Source: Alphaproteobacteria bacterium
GTDB taxonomy: Bacteria; Pseudomonadota; Alphaproteobacteria; UBA7887
Direction of reading: 5' to 3'
Assembly: GCA_965216755.1 (NCBI GenBank)
Contig: CBDCGL010000011.1
Location: 4,256,001-4,320,000 of the forward strand
Length of the DNA stretch: 64,000 nt
The first letter of the stretch is position 1; every line of letters starts with the position of its first letter. This document shows, one piece after another, positions 30,701 through 40,085 of the stretch. The position numbers and the translations under genes were made by a program. The notes beneath the pieces are model-generated. The model worked only from the letters and a program-made list of their open reading frames with translations. It ran no database searches and was not told where the DNA came from.

Positions 30701-32450
30701 CTATCGGCAGGCCGCACAGGCCAAGAGTTTCGTTTTGACGCATCTTCTTGGCCAAAGTCTCGATCAGGTCGCGGAAAAGATCGAGATCTATCGGCAAGCG
30801 TGGCGAGAAGCGGGGCACGAAGGCGAAGGCCACGTCACTTTGATGCTGCACACGTTCGTCGGCGACGATCCCAGCTTCGTCAAGGATATCGTCCGCGAAC
30901 CGATGAAACGCTATCTGTCGACCGCGATGAGCCTGGTCAAGGCCGCCGCGTGGAACTTTCCGACTTTGCAGAAGAAGTTCGTCGAGAAGTCCGGCGACGA
31001 GCTAGACGCCTATTTTGCCAACGCCTCCGAATCCGATCTGGATGCGCTGCTGGAGTTCGCGTTCGACCGCTATTACGAGCAGAGCGGCCTGTTCGGAACG
31101 CCGGAGCATTGTATCGAAATCGCCGAACGTGTTCGCGCGATCGGCGTCGACGAGGTTGCGTGTTTGATCGATTTCGGTGTGCCGACCGATATCGTTCTTG
31201 AACATCTCCCGCACCTTAACAAGGTTCGGCAGGCGATCGTGGCAGCCAATGATGATGGCGACACAGACGATCATTCGATCGCCGCCTTGATTGCGCGTCA
31301 CGGTGTCACGCACCTGCAATGCACGCCCTCGATGGCGAGTATGCTGTTGGCGGACACGGCGACCCGCGACGGGCTTCGCTCCGTCAAGCAGATGTTTGTC
31401 GGTGGCGAGGCCTTCCCGACACCGTTGGCCGAGGATTTGCGCGCGGCCGTCGGTGGCGACGTGACCAACATGTATGGCCCCACCGAAACAACGATTTGGT
31501 CATCGGTGCACAAGGTCGATGACACGTCCGCGGCAATCCCCATTGGGCGTCCGATTGCCAACACGCAGCTCTATGTATTGGATGAGTCCCAGCACCCGGT
31601 ACCAGTAGACGTGGTTGGTGAACTATATATCGGCGGCGACGGCGTCGTGCGCGGCTATAAGGACCGGCCGGACTTGACCGCCGAGCGCTTTGTCGACATC
31701 AGTGTCGTGCCGGGTGAGACGCCCCGTCGCTTGTATCGCACCGGTGATTTGGTGCGCTATCGCGAAGACGGCGTCATTGATTTCCTCGGTCGGGCGGATC
31801 ACCAGGTCAAGGTTCGCGGCTATCGAATCGAGTTGGGCGAAATCGAGTCGGTGCTGGGTCGTCATCCCGCAGTGCGATCGGCGGTCGTCGTCGCCCGAGA
31901 CGATGATGCCGGCGGACGTGGTTTGGTAGGTTATTATGTCCCGGACACGGGTTGGTCGCCAACCGTGCAAGAACTGCGCGATTTCACCGCGGCGCGATTG
32001 CCGGAATTCATGGTGCCGTCGTTGTTTGTTGAACTTGATGCGTTTCCGCTGACTCCCAACGGCAAGGTTGATCGGAAAGCCCTGCCAGATCCGATGGATA
32101 GCCGGCCACGGCCAGCATCGGTCGCCGACTATGAACCGCCCGTGGGCGAAATGGAAAGCGATATCGCGGAAATTCTGTGCGAGGTACTTGGCGTCGAGAA
32201 GATGGGACGGCAGGACAGCTTCTTCGACCTTGGCGGTCATTCACTGTCTGCGGTTCGAGTCGCGTTCCAGATGCGCCAGCAATTCGGGGTCGATTTTCCG
32301 CTTCAAACACTCTTCGAAGCGCCCACTGTTGCGGCACTGGCGGAGCGTGTTGAAACCATGGTACTTGAGCAAGCCGATAGCGATGAGCTTGAGAGTCTCT
32401 TGGCAGAAATGGAAGATACCTCAGACGCCATCGCGGTCGGCAACGACTAA
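27759..32450 (+). CDS. NRPS starter: formyltransferase - degenerate C - adenylation domain interrupted by a luciferase-like monooxygenase - PCP
   Basis: F: INFHDGRLPDYAG, VDQGD. A: YTSGSTGRPKG, SFDIS, NMYGPTE, YRTGD, NGKVDR. LLM insert about 30168-31230 (FSLFYFA, WTPERHF, SGWQPNDF). PCP: FFDLGGHSL. Confidence 0.92.
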   Translation: MTANVFDCVILGDESLLIGCGDILRERGHRIRAIMSANPQIATWAKSNDITCVSDLESLRASMAEGAIDYLFSITYLSIVPTDLLAAARHGAINFHDGRLPDYAGLNTPVWALLNDERDYGITWHLMAEKVDQGDILMRVPVAIQDHDTALSLNTKCYEAALQSFPVLLDALESENVARSPQNPSAIRYFGKYKKPDAACAIRWDQDAAAITRLVRALEFGAYRNPVGAAKLLLGDTAVIVHEADNVGTAAQHAAGEVVGISEETITVAAGQGAVALRRLSQLSGASCTISDIVAHHDLKVGDRLTVIDDASAQSLGARQSDVAKHEDYWVRRLANLDGVRLPGHGGGASAPTQPSMHAEPFVVPSDAQSLLGGDPLAFMVALGAFVARMDGKTSFDVAYRDGALRALVPVDDPIFSRFVPLRFEIDLATPFADQRAQLSAAIQELTKRKTFLIDAKARHPAVAQATANGAPVLPVRINVGGITEPANAGGLTIAIDDAATECIWHYDSAAVSASAVHAAQTRFAAFLENLSRMSTASLADVPMLSADEQQTMLRDWNDTVRDYPRDRCVHQLFAQRAAQTPDAVALVFENQSLTYGALNARANRVAHQLRDMGIGPDKLVGVAVERSIDLMVAVLGVLKAGGAYVPIDPSYPHERVRLMLEDSNVPVLLTQRHLMVDLPDHAGRVLCVDADGVQADAAGDHDPDVAVQPDNLAYVIYTSGSTGRPKGVMVEHRNVVNFFAGMDDCIAHDPPGVWLAVTSLSFDISVLELFWTLARGFKIVLHGDTPQRKVAAATSGAARKRPVNFSLFYFASDQQGQGSERYRLLMDGAKFADEHGFEAVWTPERHFHDFGGLYPNPSVAGAAIAAITKNVGIRSGSCVLPLHHPIRVAEEWSLVDNLSDGRVGIGIASGWQPNDFVLRPQNHAKAKDIMFHSLEQVQRLWAGESVTFPGPKGDVDVAIMPKPVQDSLPVWITTAGNPETYRQAAQAKSFVLTHLLGQSLDQVAEKIEIYRQAWREAGHEGEGHVTLMLHTFVGDDPSFVKDIVREPMKRYLSTAMSLVKAAAWNFPTLQKKFVEKSGDELDAYFANASESDLDALLEFAFDRYYEQSGLFGTPEHCIEIAERVRAIGVDEVACLIDFGVPTDIVLEHLPHLNKVRQAIVAANDDGDTDDHSIAALIARHGVTHLQCTPSMASMLLADTATRDGLRSVKQMFVGGEAFPTPLAEDLRAAVGGDVTNMYGPTETTIWSSVHKVDDTSAAIPIGRPIANTQLYVLDESQHPVPVDVVGELYIGGDGVVRGYKDRPDLTAERFVDISVVPGETPRRLYRTGDLVRYREDGVIDFLGRADHQVKVRGYRIELGEIESVLGRHPAVRSAVVVARDDDAGGRGLVGYYVPDTGWSPTVQELRDFTAARLPEFMVPSLFVELDAFPLTPNGKVDRKALPDPMDSRPRPASVADYEPPVGEMESDIAEILCEVLGVEKMGRQDSFFDLGGHSLSAVRVAFQMRQQFGVDFPLQTLFEAPTVAALAERVETMVLEQADSDELESLLAEMEDTSDAIAVGND

Positions 32451-32465
32451 ACGCACAAACGACAG

Positions 32466-35400
32466 GTGAGGTTGCGGAGCGTGCGGGAAAATAGAGACCG
32501 GCTATCGCGTTTGTCGCGTGAAGAGCGGGCGCGCTTGGTTATGCGCCTCAAAAAACGATCGGCCGCGGATGAGCCTGATCATATCCAACCGGATCCCGAG
32601 AACCGCTACGCGCCGTTCCCGCTGACCGATTTGCAGCAAGCTTATTGGATTGGGCGTAGTGGCTCTTTCCAGATGGGCCAAGTCGCCAGTCACAGCTATT
32701 TGGAGGTTGAGGGCGAATACGATCTGCCGGCCTTGGAGGCGGCGCTGCAAAAGGTGATCGCCCGGCATGAGAGCTTGCGCACGATTGTTCAACCGAACGG
32801 TCAGCAGCGGGTTCTGGAAGAAACGCCGCTTTATAAAATCGAAACCACCGATGTTGGCGCTCTGACGCCGGACGCGGCGCAGGCCGCGATGGACGCGTTG
32901 CGCCGTCGTATGTCGCATCAGGTCCGGCCCAGCGACCAATGGCCGGTTTTCGAGATCCATGCCGCACTACTGGGCGGCCGGCGCGCACGTCTCTATGTCA
33001 GCCTCGACGCGCTTCTGATTGATGGCTGGAGTATCGCCGTGTTGTTCCGCGAGTGGGCGCAGGCGTACCGAGAGCCGGATAAGGCATTGCCGGACATCGA
33101 TCTGACGTTTCGCGACTATGTTCTGGCGGAACGTGCTTTGGAAGAGACGGCGAAGTTTGAACGTGACCAAGCTTATTGGTTGGCGCGCATCGACGATTTG
33201 CCCAATGGGCCGGATTTGCCACTGGCCAAGCCGCCGTCCGAATTGGCCGAGGCACGGTTTGTTCGACGTCACGCCCGCCTTGAGGCGGAACAATGGACCC
33301 AATTGCGAGCGCGGGCGAAGGCACATGGTCTGACGCCGACAGGGATTCTGCTGGCGGCTTATGCCGACGTGGTGGCGTTGTGGTCGCAGAACGAGCGGTT
33401 TTTGATCAACGTGCCGCAGTTTAATCGCGCCCCCTTGCACCCACATGTAAACGACGTCATCGGTGAGGCCGCGTCGTTCAGCGTTGTCGCCGTGGATATG
33501 ACCGGCAATGACGGATTTAGTGACCGCGCACAACGATTGCAGCGGCAAATGTGGGAAGACCTTGACCACAGCGGATTCAGCGGCGTCAAAGTCCTGCGCG
33601 AGGTCGCGCGGTCACGGGGCCAGACCTCGGGGTCATTGGCGCCGGTGATTTTTACCGCGGCGCCACAAGACGATGACGGCAAAGACGGCTACGCGACTTT
33701 GGTTGCACGCGAAATCGGTGAGGTGGTGTTTTCCGTCAACCAGACCTCTCAAGTTTGGATCGATAACCATATCTCCGAGCAAGATGGTGGCCTGATTTGC
33801 GATTGGGATTCGGTCGACGAGCTGTTCCCACCGAATCTGTCCGCGGACATGCTTGGCGTCTATTTCGATCTGCTGAACCGCTTGGCGCGCGACGACGCGG
33901 TGTGGGAGATGGATTGGCCAAGCATCGCTGCGACCTTGATGCCGGCTGATCAACGCGAGCGCCGCGACAGTGTGAATGACACCGCCCAGCCGGTGCCCGA
34001 TCACTTGATGCAGGACCTGTTCGCCGCCCAAGTCAGTGCACATGCGGATAAGCCAGTGGTGATCGCTCGCGACCGCACCTTGCGCTACGGCGAGCTTGAT
34101 CAATTGGCCAACCGGTGGGCGCGACGCTTGCGTGATATGGGTGTTGCACCGGGCGATCGCGTGGCGATTGTCATGGAAAAAGGCTGGGAGCAGTTTGTCG
34201 CGGCTTTCGCTGCGCTCAAAGCCGGTGGCGCGTATGTGCCGATCGATTCCGAGCAACCTGTCGAGCGACTGACCTATATGATCGAGAACTGTGGCGCGGC
34301 CTGCATTCTCAGTCAATCGTGGGTTGACGCACGACTGACTTGGCCGGACGGGGCCCGGATCCTGTTAGTCGACAAAGAGTCGGTCGATGATTGGGACGCA
34401 ACGGCCATAGATCCGGAACGGACGGCTGACGATCCCGCCTTTGTGATTTACACCTCGGGTTCGACCGGGATGCCGAAGGGCGTGGTGTTGAGCCATCGGG
34501 GCGTCGTTAACGCGTTACTGGCGACCAATCAGCGGTTCGATGTTGGGCCGGACGATGTTGGCTTCGCTATCGCGGCATTGCATCACGATCTTTCCATCTA
34601 TGACACGTTTGGATTGCCGGCGGCGGGGGGCACGGTCGTCATGCCTGACCCGACGGGACGGCGTGATCCGGCTCATTGGTCCGAGTTGATGGTGGCGCAC
34701 AACGTCACGGTGTGGAATTCGGTGCCGGCCATGATGGTGATGCTATTGGAATATGCCGATAGCCACGAGAACGCCATGCCGACCGAACTCAGGTTGTCGT
34801 TCTTGGGCGGCGATTGGGTACCCGTTGACGTGCCGCAGCGTATTGCGCGGCACGCCAAGAAATGTCTGTTGGTCACGACCGGCGGTCCGACCGAAACCAC
34901 CCTATGGAACATCTGGAATCCGATTGAGGCATTCGATCCCGATTGGACCAGCATTCCGTATGGCAAACCGATCGCCAATACACGCTATTACATCATGAAC
35001 GAGCATTTCGTTGAGCGGCCGGATTGGGTGGTCGGCGAAATGTATGTGGCTGGTGTTGGCGTCGCGCACGGCTATCTCGGCGATCCGAAACGCAGCGGCG
35101 AGAAATTCGTACTAAATGGGTGGACCGGTGAACGCTTGTGCCGCACTGGCGATTTGGGGCGCTACATGCCGGATGGCAATATTCAGTTCGTCGGGCGCGC
35201 GGACTTCCAAGTCAAGATCAACGGCCAAAGGATCGAGTTGGGAGAGATCGAGGCCGCGCTGGCCAAACATCCCGATATTTCAACAGCCGTGGTCATGGCG
35301 ATCGGACCGGCACAAAAGGCACGCCGCTTGGCCGGCTTTGTGGTTCCGCAAGAGGGTAAGACGGTTGTCAGCGACGACCTGCGGAACTACCTGATGGATA

Positions 35401-36686
35401 AGGTGCCGGACTATATGGTGCCGACCGCATTTGTTAGCCTTGACAGATTACCCTTGACCGCCAATGGCAAGGTCGACCGAAAAGCACTCAGCGCGCTGGA
35501 GACCGAGGTCGCAAAACCTGAGGCGGCGCGGTCCACGGGCGGCGCCTCGACCACGGCCAAAGTTGCCGCCTTGGTGGGGACCGTGATGGGCGACGACGCC
35601 ATCGATCCGGCGGCCAACCTTCTGTCGCTGGGCGCGAATTCCATCAATATGGTGCAGATCGGCAACGAAATCGAAAAGGCATTCGGATTTCGGCCGCGCA
35701 TGGACCAGATTTTTCGCTTGCAATCGATCAACGCCATCGCCGCGTTTTGCGATCGCGAGCTGGGCGGGGCCGACAGTGAAGAGACCAAGGATACCGGCGA
35801 AATCGGTCTGACCAACGAAATTCGAGAAATCATTGCATCCTTCGAGAACATCATCGATCCGTGCGAGCGCGACGCGTTCAAGAACTCGCAACCGGGCATT
35901 CGCCGCGATGACGCCGACCGGGATTTCGTCCAGCTCGTTGCGCCCGAGATAACCGACGAACTCCGCGCCTACTACGCCAATCATCGCAGCAATCGTCGAT
36001 TTGGGCTGCAGCCTATCCCGCTCGAGCAGTTTAGTTCGTTCTTGGCGTGCATGTATCCGATCGAGCTCAATGGCCGGCCGAAATATTTGTTTGCTTCGCC
36101 GGGCGGGCTCTACCCGACCCAGGCCTATGTCCATGTTAAGCCGGCGCGGATCGAGGGTATCCCCGGCGGCAGCTACTACTATCATCCGTCGAAGCATCGA
36201 CTCGTTTCACTCAAAAAGGGCGCGGTGGTCGATCGCGGCATTCATGTCCCGTTTGTCAACACACCGGTGTATGACGAGGCCGCGTTTTCGATTTTCTTGG
36301 TCGTCGATCTGTCGGCAATTGCGCCGTCCTATGGCGAACGATCGATCTTCTTCGCGACCTTGGAGGCGGGCATCATGTCGGTTGTGTTGGAAGAAGCTGC
36401 CCGCGATGCCAAGTTGGGCATTTGCCAAATGGGCGGTGTCGACTTTGATCAGATCCGCGATTTGTTCGATCTACAACCGCATCACCTCTATATGCACTCG
36501 CTGCTCGGCGGACCGCTGTTCGATGGGCCCGATAGCCAACCGGTGATTCGCACGTCGCGAGATGAGGAAAACCGCACGCGGATTGCCAATCTCTTGGAAC
36601 GTATTCGCCAGCTATCGCCGGATGAAGCGCGGGTCATGGTCGGCGTACTCAAGAATGAGGTCGATCGGGGCTCGGAGAATGACTGA
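32466..36686 (+). CDS. NRPS module: heterocyclisation (Cy) - A - PCP - oxidase (SagB/nitroreductase-like)
   Basis: Cy: FPLTDLQQAYWIGR, DALLIDGWS (DxxxxDxxS), PVIFT, NQTSQVWID. A: YTSGSTGMPKG, WNSVPA. PCP: LGANS. Ox: RSNRRF, ASPGGLYP, YYYHP, LEAG. Confidence 0.92.
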   Translation: MRLRSVRENRDRLSRLSREERARLVMRLKKRSAADEPDHIQPDPENRYAPFPLTDLQQAYWIGRSGSFQMGQVASHSYLEVEGEYDLPALEAALQKVIARHESLRTIVQPNGQQRVLEETPLYKIETTDVGALTPDAAQAAMDALRRRMSHQVRPSDQWPVFEIHAALLGGRRARLYVSLDALLIDGWSIAVLFREWAQAYREPDKALPDIDLTFRDYVLAERALEETAKFERDQAYWLARIDDLPNGPDLPLAKPPSELAEARFVRRHARLEAEQWTQLRARAKAHGLTPTGILLAAYADVVALWSQNERFLINVPQFNRAPLHPHVNDVIGEAASFSVVAVDMTGNDGFSDRAQRLQRQMWEDLDHSGFSGVKVLREVARSRGQTSGSLAPVIFTAAPQDDDGKDGYATLVAREIGEVVFSVNQTSQVWIDNHISEQDGGLICDWDSVDELFPPNLSADMLGVYFDLLNRLARDDAVWEMDWPSIAATLMPADQRERRDSVNDTAQPVPDHLMQDLFAAQVSAHADKPVVIARDRTLRYGELDQLANRWARRLRDMGVAPGDRVAIVMEKGWEQFVAAFAALKAGGAYVPIDSEQPVERLTYMIENCGAACILSQSWVDARLTWPDGARILLVDKESVDDWDATAIDPERTADDPAFVIYTSGSTGMPKGVVLSHRGVVNALLATNQRFDVGPDDVGFAIAALHHDLSIYDTFGLPAAGGTVVMPDPTGRRDPAHWSELMVAHNVTVWNSVPAMMVMLLEYADSHENAMPTELRLSFLGGDWVPVDVPQRIARHAKKCLLVTTGGPTETTLWNIWNPIEAFDPDWTSIPYGKPIANTRYYIMNEHFVERPDWVVGEMYVAGVGVAHGYLGDPKRSGEKFVLNGWTGERLCRTGDLGRYMPDGNIQFVGRADFQVKINGQRIELGEIEAALAKHPDISTAVVMAIGPAQKARRLAGFVVPQEGKTVVSDDLRNYLMDKVPDYMVPTAFVSLDRLPLTANGKVDRKALSALETEVAKPEAARSTGGASTTAKVAALVGTVMGDDAIDPAANLLSLGANSINMVQIGNEIEKAFGFRPRMDQIFRLQSINAIAAFCDRELGGADSEETKDTGEIGLTNEIREIIASFENIIDPCERDAFKNSQPGIRRDDADRDFVQLVAPEITDELRAYYANHRSNRRFGLQPIPLEQFSSFLACMYPIELNGRPKYLFASPGGLYPTQAYVHVKPARIEGIPGGSYYYHPSKHRLVSLKKGAVVDRGIHVPFVNTPVYDEAAFSIFLVVDLSAIAPSYGERSIFFATLEAGIMSVVLEEAARDAKLGICQMGGVDFDQIRDLFDLQPHHLYMHSLLGGPLFDGPDSQPVIRTSRDEENRTRIANLLERIRQLSPDEARVMVGVLKNEVDRGSEND

Positions 36687-39600
36687 TCTGTATCAAGGCA
36701 CGGACGGGTTGAGCCCAGAGCAGAGCGAACTTTTCGCGCTGATGCTGGATTATGAAGGACTCGACCCGCAGGAGCTGCCAATCGCGGCGCGTGGTGACGA
36801 CGCGCCCAACGCGCCACTGTCCCATACCCAAGAACGCTTTTGGTTTCTGAACCAAATGGCGCCGGACAGCCCGGCCTATAACGAGCCGATCGCCATGCGT
36901 TTGCAAGGTGCGTTGGATCGCGATGCGCTCACTCAGGCATTGACGGCCCTTTTACGACGGCATTCGGCGCTGCGCGTACGATTTGTGACCGATGGCGCAT
37001 CACTCGCGCAGACCATTGAACCGGTGCCCGACAACCCGCTGACTATCGAAGATCTTCGGGATGTCGCGGCAGATAATCGGCTGGCTCAGGCACAGGCGCG
37101 GGCGGCGGCGGTGACCGTTGCGCCGATGGACTTTTCCGTTGGGCCTCTTTACCGATTTCGCCTGTTTCAACTGGACGACCAAGATCATTTGCTCCTGATC
37201 GTTTTGCATCACGGCATTGCCGATGGCTTCTCGCTGCGTCTGCTGATGCGCGAATTGTCGGCCCTGTACGCCGCATTTTGCGCAGGTCAGCCGTCGCCGC
37301 TGCCCGACGTGCCGCTGCACTACACTGACTATGCCGCGTGGGAGCGTGCCGCGGCGGGCGAAACGCGGAGGCGCGATAGTCTGTCCTATTGGCGGCGCGT
37401 GCTGAGCGACGCGCCGGACCTGCTGGCATTGCCCACGGATCACCCGCGGCAATCAGCTTTCACGTTTCATGGTGCGACCGAACGTTTTGCGGTCGATAAC
37501 GAGCGGTCGACTGCCTTGCGTGATCTCAGTGCTGAACAAGGCGTTACGCTATTTATGACCATGCTGGCGGCGTTTCAGGCGCTGCTGCACCGTTATGCGC
37601 GTCAGGACATGATTTTGGTGGGCACGCCCGTATCCAGTCGTGAACGTCCTGAATTGGAAACCGTTGTTGGGTCGTTTGCCAACAATCTTGTTCTGCACGC
37701 CGACTGTGCTGACAATCCGCGGTTTGTCGATCTGCTGGCGCAGGTTTCCGACACCTCTTTGGAAGCTTTCTCGCATCAGGCCGTTCCGTTTGAAAAAGTT
37801 GTCGAGGCCGTTGATCCGAAGCGCGACGCCGGGTATAACCCATTGTTTCAGGTCGCTTTTTTACTTCACCAAAACACATTGCGTGATAATTTAGAGCTCT
37901 CTCATCTACGTGTCTCAGCGGTGCCGATCGAAACCGGCGCGACACGCTTCGATATCGACCTGATGCTTGAGGATACGCGCGCCGGGTTGGTGGGCACCCT
38001 GCATTACAACACTGACCTGTTCGAGCCGGCGACGATTGCGCGTTTGATAGGCCACTATCAGACCCTCTTGCAGGCGGTGGTCGATGATCCGCAGCAGCGT
38101 TTGTCGGATATCGCCCTGCTTGAAGCCGATGAGCGGGGGCTGCAGCTCGAGACTTGGAACAACACGGCGCAGGACTACGACCGCACCGCGACCCTTCACG
38201 GATTGATCGCGCGCCAGGCGGACCGCACGCCCGAGGCCGTCGCGGTTGTTGATGACGCCACGTCACTGACTTATGGCGAACTTGAGGCTCGCGCCAACGC
38301 GTTGGCGGCGCATCTGTGTCGGCATGGGGCCGAACCCGGCAAGATCGTTGGCGTCATGCTTGAGCGGCGGACTGATCTTTTGGTCGGTTTACTGGGCGTT
38401 TTGAAATCTGGCGCGGCCTATTTGCCGCTTGATCCCGGATTTCCGAAACGGCGCCTGTCGATGATGCTGGAAGACAGCGCCGCGCCTTTGATTGTCAGCG
38501 AGCCGTCGCTGGCTGCGGATGTCCCGGATTCGGCGGCGACAGTGGTGGATTTGTGCGACATCGCCACGTCCGGCGCCGCACCGCCTGACTCAGCGACGGC
38601 AGGCGCGGACGACTTGGCCTATGTGATCTTCACCTCGGGCTCCACCGGTCGGCCCAAGGGCGTGCAGATTAGCCATCGCAACGTGGTCAATTTCTTGACG
38701 AGCATGGCGAAAGCACCAGGCCTGAACGCCGACGATCGTCTATTGGCGGTGACGACCACGTCGTTCGACATATCGGTGCTTGAACTGTTTTTGCCCCTGA
38801 CTGTTGGGGCGACGGTCGTCTTGGCAGACCGAGACACCACCGCCGATGGCGACGCGTTGGCGGAGTTCGTCATGGAGTCCGGGGCCACGGTCATGCAGGC
38901 GACGCCGGCCACCTGGCAGCTTTTGATCGCTGCCGGATGGAACGGAGACATGGGCCTGAAGGCGCTGTGTGGTGGTGAGGCGTTGACCCGCGATTTGGCA
39001 CGCAGCCTGAAATCCCGTGTCGGTTGTCTGTGGAACATGTATGGGCCGACAGAGACGACGATTTGGTCGACATGCGCCGAAATCACCGATTCGGACGATA
39101 TCACGGTCGGGCGGCCAATCGCGAACACACAGATATACGTTTTAGACACCCATCGGCAACCTGCACCCATCGGTGTTCCCGGCGAGTTGTTTATTGGCGG
39201 CGATGGCGTGGCGCGCGGCTATCTCAATCGGCCAGACCTCACCGCTGAACGCTTTGTACCGGATCCGTTTCGGGCCGGCGATGCGTGCATGTACAATACC
39301 GGTGACCTGGCGCGGCTTCACGACGACGGCCGAATCGAACATCTGGGCCGGGTTGACAGCCAAGTCAAAGTACGCGGATTCCGCATTGAGTTGGGTGAGA
39401 TTGAGTCGGCCCTGTCAGAACATGACGGCCTCGCGCAAGCGGCTGTCGCGGTACGACACGCCAGCCCCAATGATGCGCGATTGATCGCGTATACCGTCAA
39501 TGCGGTCGCTGACCAACCGCCCACGGTTGGCGATCTTAGAAAACACCTCAGACAACGACTGCCGGACTATATGATCCCGCAGAAATTCGTTGAATTGGAC

Positions 39601-40026
39601 CGGCTGCCGCTAACGGCGAACAACAAAGTCGATCGTTTAGCTTTGCCGAATCCGTTCGAGGATGTCGCCGCCGTCGAAGACGATTATGTGCCGCCGCGGA
39701 CTCCGGCCGAAAAGCTGGTGGCGGGCATATGGCAGGATGTGTTGGGTGGTACGCGTGTTGGCGCGAATGATAATTTCTTCGAGGTCGGTGGTCACTCGTT
39801 GCTCGCTATGCAGGTCATTGCACGGATTCGGCAAGAAACCGGGCAGAAACTCTCTCCACGTGCTATGATATTGAATTCGCTGGAAAGAATCGCGGCCGAT
39901 CTCGGTCCGATCGGTGTTGTGACAAGTTCTGTCGCCGGCCCGTCCGAAGCCGAGACGGTGAACGATGATTCGGCGAATAGCTCTTTGCTAAAGCGCGTCA
40001 AAAGTTCGCTCTTTGGGCCGCAGTGA
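36679..40026 (+). CDS. NRPS terminal module C - A (Gly-like) - PCP, no thioesterase
   Basis: C: HHGIADG. A: FTSGSTGRPKG, SFDISVLE, MQATP, NMYGPTETTIWS. PCP: FFEVGGHSL, then only a short tail. ATG 36679 overlaps the previous stop. Confidence 0.92.
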   Translation: MTDLYQGTDGLSPEQSELFALMLDYEGLDPQELPIAARGDDAPNAPLSHTQERFWFLNQMAPDSPAYNEPIAMRLQGALDRDALTQALTALLRRHSALRVRFVTDGASLAQTIEPVPDNPLTIEDLRDVAADNRLAQAQARAAAVTVAPMDFSVGPLYRFRLFQLDDQDHLLLIVLHHGIADGFSLRLLMRELSALYAAFCAGQPSPLPDVPLHYTDYAAWERAAAGETRRRDSLSYWRRVLSDAPDLLALPTDHPRQSAFTFHGATERFAVDNERSTALRDLSAEQGVTLFMTMLAAFQALLHRYARQDMILVGTPVSSRERPELETVVGSFANNLVLHADCADNPRFVDLLAQVSDTSLEAFSHQAVPFEKVVEAVDPKRDAGYNPLFQVAFLLHQNTLRDNLELSHLRVSAVPIETGATRFDIDLMLEDTRAGLVGTLHYNTDLFEPATIARLIGHYQTLLQAVVDDPQQRLSDIALLEADERGLQLETWNNTAQDYDRTATLHGLIARQADRTPEAVAVVDDATSLTYGELEARANALAAHLCRHGAEPGKIVGVMLERRTDLLVGLLGVLKSGAAYLPLDPGFPKRRLSMMLEDSAAPLIVSEPSLAADVPDSAATVVDLCDIATSGAAPPDSATAGADDLAYVIFTSGSTGRPKGVQISHRNVVNFLTSMAKAPGLNADDRLLAVTTTSFDISVLELFLPLTVGATVVLADRDTTADGDALAEFVMESGATVMQATPATWQLLIAAGWNGDMGLKALCGGEALTRDLARSLKSRVGCLWNMYGPTETTIWSTCAEITDSDDITVGRPIANTQIYVLDTHRQPAPIGVPGELFIGGDGVARGYLNRPDLTAERFVPDPFRAGDACMYNTGDLARLHDDGRIEHLGRVDSQVKVRGFRIELGEIESALSEHDGLAQAAVAVRHASPNDARLIAYTVNAVADQPPTVGDLRKHLRQRLPDYMIPQKFVELDRLPLTANNKVDRLALPNPFEDVAAVEDDYVPPRTPAEKLVAGIWQDVLGGTRVGANDNFFEVGGHSLLAMQVIARIRQETGQKLSPRAMILNSLERIAADLGPIGVVTSSVAGPSEAETVNDDSANSSLLKRVKSSLFGPQ

Positions 40027-40085
40027 ACAGGACGCCAATCCCGACTCGAACGGGTGACGCATCGCGCGATGGGGATTGACTGGCA

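Noticed and set aside
36562-36678. ORF-track N-terminal extensions (also 40582-40887, 44032-44124, 48414-48569)
   Set aside because: They overlap upstream genes or promoters; downstream ATGs give tight operon junctions.
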